Part shown: in pieces, positions 1 through 7,322 of the stretch | Numbering within the stretch: position 1 is the stretch's first letter | How the letters are laid out: every line of letters starts with the position of its first letter | DNA from: Ginkgo biloba | Taxonomy: Eukaryota > Plantae > Ginkgophyta | Assembly: GCA_024626585.2 (NCBI GenBank) | Contig: JANKJI020000002.1 | Location: 44,886,014-44,903,244 of the forward strand | Direction of reading: 5' to 3' | DNA: 17,231 bases | Program-made: the position numbers and the translations under genes | The notes under the pieces: model-generated | What the model was told of the DNA's origin: nothing | What the model saw: the letters and a program-made list of their open reading frames with translations, nothing else | Database searches by the model: none

Positions 1-1500
1 TTCGTGTTTCGTCCAACTTTTTGAATGTATCCAATAGCTTAATGGTGGCTTCAGTGGTGCGTACTTCAGCATAAAAGTCTCCTTTCTTTCTTGATCACAT
101 TTCAAAATTCAGGTGCCTAATTTAGGAATTATGCCTTTTAAACCTTACAGGATTTTCTTTTCGAAACTCGACATAAATTTGCAGTATGCATTGACATTTG
201 TCAACCATATATCACAAAAATATTAGATAAATTTGATTTTCATTTGGGCTAAGCGAGCTTGCTCTTGATCTTTGGTTTTTGGCGAAACTCCTCGTGTTGG
301 GTCCTTAATTTTGTGAACTAAACTATAGACGAGGATTTGAAGAATGTTTGCGGTAAAGGTTGGCTGCCATGCTTCATGATTATGTAATTTTCAATCCATT
401 TTATTTAGATATTTTTCAAACATCTTTATCCTTTCATCCCATTCCAACTTAATATGCCCATCCAAAATGGAATCTGCTTATACTAGTCTCGTAATAATCT
501 CTCGCGAGGAAGAAAACGGGAAACCGTAATTTCCACATTGTGCATTTACTTACAAGCTAAGGTGGTCACTTGTATATTACTTGCTTTAGGTGAAGATCCC
601 ATTGGCAGCTTTTCAACAATCAATGCTTTTCCTTTTTTCTGCCACATTTCCTCCACTGTCTTCTTTAAAAATTGGCTCCTGGGTAGTGGTGGGTTCTATC
701 TCCATAACTTCTTTCAAATTTTCTCCAATTACTCCTCTTGTTTTTGTCCTTGTTTCTCTTGAGAACCAATTCAGTACTTTCTGGAATTCTTTGATCATAA
801 TAATGGTATCTTTCCCTTGAATATCCATCCTGGAAAACTGCATAGCCTACTTGAGGTATTGTAGGTACATTGTTGGGTATCAACAATGACACCTGAGCGC
901 ACTGTCTTACTAATAACTCGACGAAAATTGTCAAAAACAAGAATGAAGCTTGATCGGGTGCTGTGTTGATATTTTGTAGAAGCTACATGAAGTAAAACTT
1001 AATGAAGGCACACCTATTATCTCGTACTCCCTGTTTGACTTGCTAATAGTAGTCTAAAAGTTGAGTTGGTATGTGAGTATAATGTTGATAACAAAACAAC
1101 TTTGCAACCATGAAATTTTTGATCCAACGTAGGTTGAGGTCTTTCAATCCTTTAATATGGATGCTTGAAGAAGATGCATTTGCCTTGCATTGGCAATATT
1201 CCTCTGAAATTTCCTCCTACGATAGACGTGATGCCTAGGGAACCTCGACCCCATCTCTAAGCAATCCCAAAACATAATTATATTGTTGCTTCTGTTAACT
1301 GTAACAACAGTGATTAAGATGCTACCCTCCCAATGCTTATGGCTAAGTCTCTTGGTTCATAAAATGTAGGTGGTTGAAAGAAGGTCCACAATCTTTCATG
1401 TTCTAGAGCTATGCCTAGCAGATGATCTTCAACCAATGTCCAGAGTTCAACACGAAATTCAAGTACATTGTGCTTCCTAATCTCAATGTTAAGTTGTGAA
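1..1500 (-). mobile_element. Probable 3' internal region of the gypsy element, with decayed coding remnants
   Basis: Lies downstream of the integrase stop on the same strand. Protein-like pieces include NVLEFRVELWTLVEDHLLGIALEHERLWTFFQPP (~1370-1470) and ORF 613..843, whose frame continues with scattered stops. No recognised domain. Confidence 0.35.
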
Positions 1501-2080
1501 CTCTTGTATGGACTGGCTTTTGGTGATTGTGTGTCCTTTCATTTCCCCACGGTGCCTTCTTGCTCTTTTAGGTACAATAATAGATTCAACCTACACCAAC
1601 CTGTTGAAACCTTTCTTTTTTGCATGCCCAACTTGTCTTGTTTGAATTTTAAAGTAATCAATGAGGTGTCATTATGATGAGGAATGGATGAGTTGGCGTG
1701 AATGGTGTAAAAATCCCTTCACATAATGTGGATTGATTTGGCACTCTCTGTAATAATTTCTTTTTCTTAACATCGTTTGTGGGTCCTTTATTTCGTTTAG
1801 TCATTTGTTTGATATTCAATCTTTATTGTTTGCTTCTCCCCTTTTGGTTGCTCTTTATTGTCGTTTATCTCGATTAGTTCTTGTTGCAATCAAACATTCG
1901 ATTATTTGAAAACGACAATATTCCCTTGGTTTGCAAACATTTATGTTGTTTACAATCAAATATGTGAACCCAAAAATGTGTTTGCAAATGACTACAGGTG
2001 GTTTGTTGACTTTTATACTATATATACTAATATATAATTAGTGTTCACTCTTTTTCTTTTCTTTTTTTTATAATATGCTC

Positions 2081-4243
2081 TTAAGGCATGTAGTAGTAGG
2101 GGTTCAACCTACTACCGTTTACTAGCTTCGAAAGTGGTGTCTTGTCCAGTTGTTATAATCGTACTACGTTGTTATGAAATATTTGTTTTATTTGTTATGG
2201 CTTGAGCCAACGTGTTTTTAATTTCTCCAACTTTGTTCGAGATTTGTTGTCGTATAATAGGACTGAATCCTTTGAGTGGAATTTGGGAGTTTGAATATGT
2301 TAATTGTGCCACGTTGCTTGTCGTTGTGATACTAGGGAGTTTCTAGTATGCCAAATTTGAATTCCATATGATTAATGAAGTGTGTGGAGCCAATATTTTT
2401 GTGACTCATAGTCACCCATCTGCGAAGGTTGGGGGCGAGAATTCAAATGACATAACAACTTCTTGTAGAGGATGTTCATAAGGATTTTATTAGTAACTTT
2501 GGCATGCCCATTAGCTCAAGGATACTATAGATTGGACTTATCATGTGAAATCATAAAGTCTAAGATCATATGCTTAATGTTATGGTTCAAAAAATGNNNN
2601 NNNNNNNNNNNNNNNNNNNNNNNNNNNNNNNNNNNNNNNNNNNNNNNNNNNNNNNNNNNNNNNNNNNNNNNNNNNNNNNNNNNNNNNNNNNNNNNNNNNN
2701 NNNNNNNNNNNNNNNNNNNNNNNNNNNNNNNNNNNNNNNNNNNNNNNNNNNNNNNNNNNNNNNNNNNNNNNATAAGCTTTTCAAGGGACTAATGCATTCC
2801 AATCCTCGTTCTTAAACACTTCATGTCCCATTAGGGTATCAAATCTACTTTCAAGAGTCATCCTATATGTTGGTAAGAATCAAAGTGATTCGCATACTCT
2901 TTGACATCTACAAACAACTTTGGCCATTATAATCGTACAAGTAAAACCTTATGAGCAATGCCATCCGCACCCTCATGTCCTCAACTAGCCTAGCATGGGA
3001 TTTGTGTAGGACTCTATTGACTTCCTCTTACATAGATATGTTGTTGTAGGATATGATTAGGCTCCCATCTTATTCAACAATCCATTGATAAGTTGAAACA
3101 AACCAACCTTCCTTGAAATTTTTTGTTGTTTTTGCAACATGCACCTCCATTGGGAAGGTTCCTATAGATAAAAGTTTGCTATGTGTTTGTGCCACTGCGA
3201 CTTTAGAGAGTTGGGCATTTGATAATTCATCATGAATGCTTATTGTAGGTTTCTTAGATTGCATTCACAACAAGTTGTCCATTGCAACATGTTGCTTCTC
3301 TGGTTGAGCAACCACTCTAAAATTTAATTCCTAGAACAAAATAAGCCTCTAGCTAATGCATCCTTAAATGATAGGTTTGTTGACCAGGTAGAGAAGTTCT
3401 TGGGGATTAACAAAGAAGAGAAAGGAATGGNNNNNNNNNNTAATTTTGAAATCTTTGCAAGGTATAGACCATGCCAAGCCTTTCATACTCTCTGGTACTA
3501 TAATTTTTCTTTGCCTTGATCAACTTCCAACTAGTAAAGTAAATTGGATGATACAATCCATTGTCGCCTTCTTATGTGTGTGTGCATCCAATGGTGAATT
3601 TGGATGCATCCTCATGAATAAGAATTTCCTTATTTTAGTTAATAAAAGCCAGTGTAGGTGTAGTGACAAGTTNNNNNNNNNNNNNCAGAACTTACATTGA
3701 TGCTCAATTTGCCATTGAAAGAGTGCATGACTTTGCTTAGATCATCTACAAGGTAGGAAATTTGGCAAAGTTAATAATAAATTGTCGATGATAGCCAATA
3801 TGCTTAAGAAAAAAATGCATGCCAGTTGGATGTATTGGAGATTGCATTTGTAAAATTACCCTCACCTTATTTGGATCAACTTTAAGCCCTTGCTTGTAGA
3901 CAATATGTCCTATCAACTTTCCCCTTGGTACCAACAGTTGGCACTTTAGGATTGAGGGCCAGTCTTCCCTNNNNNNNNNNNNNNNNNNNNNNNNNNNNNG
4001 TCAAATGATGCTGTTGTCCCCATACAACGCCCAATTATGAAGAAGATTTAGGCCTTGCCCATCAAGAATGCATCAGACAGTTTCATGATGATGCGTTGAA
4101 AAGTAGCAGGAGCATTGCAATAATAAAATGCAATCTTATTGCAAGCATAAACACCAAACTCTATTACAAAAGTGGTCTTCATATGATCCCCTTTTGCGAT
4201 ACTGATTTGGTTATATCCCGGAAATCCTCCAAATATGAGTAGA
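2081..4243 (-). mobile_element. Decayed Ty3/gypsy LTR retrotransposon pol (RT - RNase H - integrase), non-chromovirus type
   Basis: Minus-strand translation with stops and frameshifts. RT: GYNQISIAKGDHMKTTF...NAPATFQR (~4080-4240) and GKLIGHIVYKQGLKVDPNKV...IGYHRQFIINFAK (3746-3934). RNase H: DASKFTIG...HPIYFTSWKL...NYSTREYERLGMVY (~3450-3620). Integrase Zn region: H...GHEG...WPKLFVD (~2870-3030). Core: HFLN...YP*ANGHAKVTNKIL (2465-2596). Tail: VLLYD...KTRWLKP...VNGSRLNPYY* ending 2081. RT-RH-INT order defines gypsy; no chromodomain follows. Confidence 0.93.
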
Positions 4244-4396
4244 NNNNNNNNNNNNNNNNNNNNNNNNNNNNNNNNNNNNNNNNNNNNNNNNNNNNNNNNN
4301 NNNNNNNNNNNNNNNNNNNNNNNNNNNNNNNNNNNNNNNNNNNTGGTGCATACAGTTTCATTGCTTAACCTGTTTCTTTTTCATCTATGGTTGTAG

Positions 4397-4543
4397 GCTC
4401 TGAACATTCTGAGGCAGATACCAGAGACAACATCAAAAGGATTTGGGTTAAGACCAGAAGCTCTTATTTGGGAATGTCTTCCAGTGCCACCTAACTGTAC
4501 CAGGATCTCTGGAGATTCAGTTAAAACAGCCAGAATAGGCATT
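4397..4543 (+). CDS. NRPE1: NRPE1-like exon, 49 codons: ALNILRQIPETTSKGFGLRPEALIWECLPVPPNCTRISGDSVKTARIGI
   Basis: Acceptor ttgtag ending 4396 after a pyrimidine-rich tract; donor gtatgt at 4544; 147 nt open; contains the clamp motif LPVPPNC. Not in the ORF track. Confidence 0.9.
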
Positions 4544-7322
4544 GTATGTAACTGCTACTATCACTGAGGTGCTTCGTTTTATGAAGTTTCAGATTTGATG
4601 TTCTTCAAATATTTATCAAGATGTTGTTTTATGTTTCTTATGCCATGTATTACTCTTCACAGTGACATTCTTTTTGTATCTAGGATAGAGCAACTCAAAT
4701 GCTGAAGAAAATCGCGAATGCTGTTGGAAGAATTAGAGATTCCAGAGGAGGAAAACCCACTTATGATACGAACAAGCATGAAAGTAAACTACTTCAGTCC
4801 TTGTGTACAGAATATTTACGAGCACGAGGTGGTCCGAAGGTATAAATTTTATTCTAGTAACAGAATTTAACTCTGTACTTTGTACTGGCTTAGCTATACT
4901 TTTTATTCAGATTGAACTTCATAATGTGGTTCACTCACTGCAGGTCCCCGGAACCAGTGACCCTTCAGAATTTTATAGTCAAAACATTGATAATGTTAAA
5001 TCATTCTCAAAATTATGGGGTGATAGAATTCAGACATTATTTTTGAAAAAGACTTCTGGATTCTCAGCACGCGGTGTTATAACTGGAGATGCATACATAG
5101 AAATAGATGAAATTGGGGTTCCCCTTGAAATAGCAAAAGGTGTCACTATTGAGGAACACATCACGGTGTATAATAAAGAAAAGCTTCAAAATATTGTGAA
5201 CCAAGGCTTTTATACTACGTTGGTGGATAGGGGTGGAAATTGTCGATCAAAAGAATTCCTTAAAACAGCTAAGATGGTTGAGGTAGGTGAAATTGTCCAT
5301 CGGCAACTTGAAGATGGGGATATTGTCTTTGTTAATCGTCCACCCAGTATACACAAACATTCTATACAAGCCTTGAAGGTTCGCATTCAACCAAGCTGCA
5401 ATTTGAGTATCAGCCCTCTTATATGTCCTCCTATGGATGCAGATTTTGATGGGGATTGTGTGCATGTTTTTGTTCCTCAGTCTTTGCATTCTCAAGCAGA
5501 GCTTTCCCAACTTTTATCCATAGATCAGCAACTTATTGGTTCTCAGGGTGGAGAAACATTACTTATGCTCACCCAAGATAGTTTACTTGCTGCTGGCCTT
5601 CTACTAAGCATGCCCATTCTTCATAGAACCACTATGCATCAGTTATCAATGTGGGCATTGTCATCTTTACCTGAACCAGCAATCATCACATCACCTTGTG
5701 GAGGACCATATTGGACAGGTTGCCAGCTTTTCGAAATGTGTTTACCCCCTCACGTGAACTGTATTGGTGATGAACTTTATATTCAGAACAGTGAAATTTT
5801 ATCTATTAACAGAAATAGGAAACAATTGCGTGGTTCTCTTGAACTAATTCTGCATACTTTGATTGAAAAAAAAGGACCAAGAGAAGCATTGAACTTTTTA
5901 AATTCAGCTCAGCGTTGTCTGACAGAATGGTTATATCAACAAGGACTTAGTGTGGGATTGAATGATGTACATCCCTTTCACAAGGCTACTTACAGAAAGG
6001 AACTTGTAGAGATTGTTAATAAATGTGTTGATGATGTGGCTCCTCTTATGAAGCATGCAGGAAGCCTGAGTTCTGAGGAAATGATAATTCCCTTTGTTCA
6101 GGATCATGTTCATGTGGCTCACAACAGAGTTTCAAGACACTTTTCTAAATCCAATCCTCTAAGTGCAATTACTGAGACTGGAAGTGGGGCTTCTATGAAC
6201 AAAGTAGTCCAGCAAATTGGATTCTTGGGGCTGCAGATATTTAAAGGGAAGGAACTTTTACCTAGAGAATGGAGTGATAGGATTTTATCATCACTTCACG
6301 GGAACACGACTGACAGTGACAGAATTAACTTTTGTAAGGCTCGTGGGCTCATTGTGTCTTCTTTTGTTGTTGGTTTAACACCTCACGAAACTTTTATTAA
6401 TGCAGTCTCTTCAAGAGAAACTCTTTTCTGCAAGGCGATAGGGGTTAAGGAACCGGGCTCACTATTTAAGAATCTTATGGCATTACTTCGTGATATAGTT
6501 ATTTGCTATGATGAATCTACAAAAAATCTCAATCTAAGAAAACTCAAGTCTCAGTGGTTGGGTACTTTTATCATTTTAAATTTTTTTTAAAAGGGGCATA
6601 TAAATTATATCATATGGATTGTATAGTCTTCCCAAATCTAATTAATGGGTCTTCACTCAAGAGATTCTATGAATAAGGGAAACTCGTCTTATTATACNNN
6701 NNNNNNNNNNNNNNNNNNNNNNNNNNNNNNNNNNNNNNNNNNNNNNNNNNNNNNNNNNNNNNNNNNNNNNNNNNNNNNNNNNNNNNNNNNNNNNNNNACA
6801 CAAGGAAAACACTTGGTGCAGTTCCAATATGAATGTAATGCATGTCCAGAAGAATTAATAATTGAAAAAGAGTCATTGAAAGGGAAGCTTGACAACACTA
6901 GATTAAAAACTCATTTGCAAGCTGGAGAACCAGTAGGGATTCTTGCTGCTACAGCTATAGCAAACCCATCATATAAAGTTCTGCTCGATGCTGTTCAAAG
7001 AAACATATCATCATGGTATCTCCTAAAGGTAGTTTATATAGTCATTTCCCTTGAACCATAACAAAACCAGCATACATTTATCTATAAAAGTTTCACGCTG
7101 GATGATCTCTTATACTGCCTATTATTTTATATTTTTTCCTCATCAGGAAACGTTGTTCCGGAGATTTGCATCTGGTTTGCAACATTTTGATCGAAAAGTT
7201 ATCCTTTGCCTGGAAAGTTGTTTCTGTAGCCATTCCTACTGCGAAGAGAAGACTGCCCTGCATATCCAGAGGCATTTGCAAAAAGTACCTCTGAAATCAT
7301 TTGCAATCGTTACTGTAATCAG
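4397..7322 (+). CDS. NRPE1: Plant-specific DNA-directed RNA polymerase V/IV largest subunit, NRPE1-like; partial multi-exon gene join(4397..4543,4684..4839,4944..6512,[break],6798..7028,7147..7322); 5' and 3' exons not found in window
   Basis: The manually spliced translation gives RNAP largest-subunit motifs in the correct order: LPVPPNC, SGFSARGVITGD, DGDIVFVNRPPSIHKHS, ADFDGDCVH, QDSL, WTG.Q, QQIGFLGLQ, GLTP.E, EPGSLFKNLMALLRDIVICYD, VQFQY, AGEPVGILAATAIANPSYK, DRKVIL.L..C.C....C. The three internal introns are GT-AG and preserve frame. DFDGDC, the foot deletion and the truncated trigger loop exclude Pol I/II/III. NRPE1 versus a paralogue is unresolved without phylogeny. Confidence 0.9.
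4544..4683 (+). other. GT-AG intron, 140 nt, phase 0
   Basis: gtatgt...tttttgtatctag; T-rich; removal joins two homologous coding segments in frame. Confidence 0.88.
4684..4839 (+). CDS. NRPE1: NRPE1-like exon, 52 codons: DRATQMLKKIANAVGRIRDSRGGKPTYDTNKHESKLLQSLCTEYLRARGGPK
   Basis: Acceptor atctag ending 4683; donor aag|gtataa at 4840; 156 nt open; resembles the NRPE1 segment I(K/R).SR.G...F.....E.........YL..RG..K. Not in the ORF track. Confidence 0.88.
4840..4943 (+). other. GT-AG intron, 104 nt, phase 0
   Basis: gtataa...cactgcag; removal gives RGGPK|VPGT in frame. Confidence 0.85.
4944..6512 (+). CDS. NRPE1: NRPE1-like large exon, 523 codons (VPGTSD...LRDIVICYD), carrying the active site, pore/funnel and bridge helix
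   Basis: Acceptor ctgcag ending 4943; uninterrupted frame inside track ORF 4803..6590. The first 47 residues of that ORF are out-of-frame exon plus intron, and its last 25 residues are integrase-like. Confidence 0.95.
5439..5459 (+). other. Catalytic metal A site A-D-F-D-G-D-C, all three aspartates intact
   Basis: gca gat ttt gat ggg gat tgt. The context CPPMDADFDGDCVH matches the Pol V type rather than Pol I/II/III YNADFDGDEMN. Confidence 0.97.
6513..6676 (+). mobile_element. Ty3/gypsy integrase C-terminal (GPY/F module) fragment joined directly to the polymerase exon
   Basis: Reads (YD)ESTKNLNLRKLKSQWLGTFIILNFF, then after a frameshift in the T/A run KGAYKLYHMDCIVFPNLINGSSLKRFYE* (taa 6674-6676). 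Same pattern as the integrase tails at ~2081-2270 (-) and ~15320-15497 (+). Confidence 0.85.
6798..7028 (+). CDS. NRPE1: NRPE1-like coding segment after the gap, 77 codons (TQGKHLVQFQY...AGEPVGILAATAIANPSYKVLLD...SSWYLLK); probably the 3' part of the large exon
   Basis: Begins at the first base after the 100-N gap and ends at donor aag|gtagtt at 7029; contains the trigger-helix motif. Confidence 0.92.
7029..7146 (+). other. GT-AG intron, 118 nt, phase 0
   Basis: gtagtt...tttttcctcatcag; removal gives WYLLK|ETLF, equivalent to NRPE1 WELMKEVL and Pol II RLKEIL. Confidence 0.9.
7147..7322 (+). CDS. NRPE1: NRPE1-like exon (ETLFRRF...DRKVILCLESCFCSHSYCEEKTALHIQRHLQKVPLKSFAIVTVI), ending in phase 2
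   Basis: Acceptor ttttttcctcatcag ending 7146; donor ag|gttggt at 7323; matches the NRPE1 pattern DR(R/K)VIL.L..C.C....C.E..A......L.KV.LK. Confidence 0.9.

Noticed and set aside
2472-2815. ORFs running through N gaps (also 4179..4361, 6667..6898, 12196..12522)
   Set aside because: Their length comes from X runs; artefacts of the gaps.
5247-6122. Antisense ORFs 5247..5510 and 5931..6122 (also 7093..7281)
   Set aside because: Short shadows of the coding strand with no recognisable motif.
4803-6590. Track ORF of 595 aa as a complete standalone protein
   Set aside because: The N-terminal 47 residues are out-of-frame exon plus intron, and the C-terminal 25 residues are integrase-derived. Only 4944-6512 is polymerase.
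6513-6590. Functional polymerase-integrase fusion protein
   Set aside because: The integrase piece is frameshifted after about 25 aa and lacks the catalytic core, and the polymerase continues intact after the gap.
6509-6697. A normal intron or an LTR start (TGATG...) at the exon break
   Set aside because: No GT, GC or U12 donor at the homology breakpoint, and the sequence translates as an integrase tail rather than LTR.
4944-7028. Bacterial/plastid rpoC, viral RNAP or Pol I/II/III subunit
   Set aside because: Spliceosomal introns, DFDGDC instead of NADFDGD(E/Q)M, foot deletion and truncated trigger loop indicate Pol IV/V.
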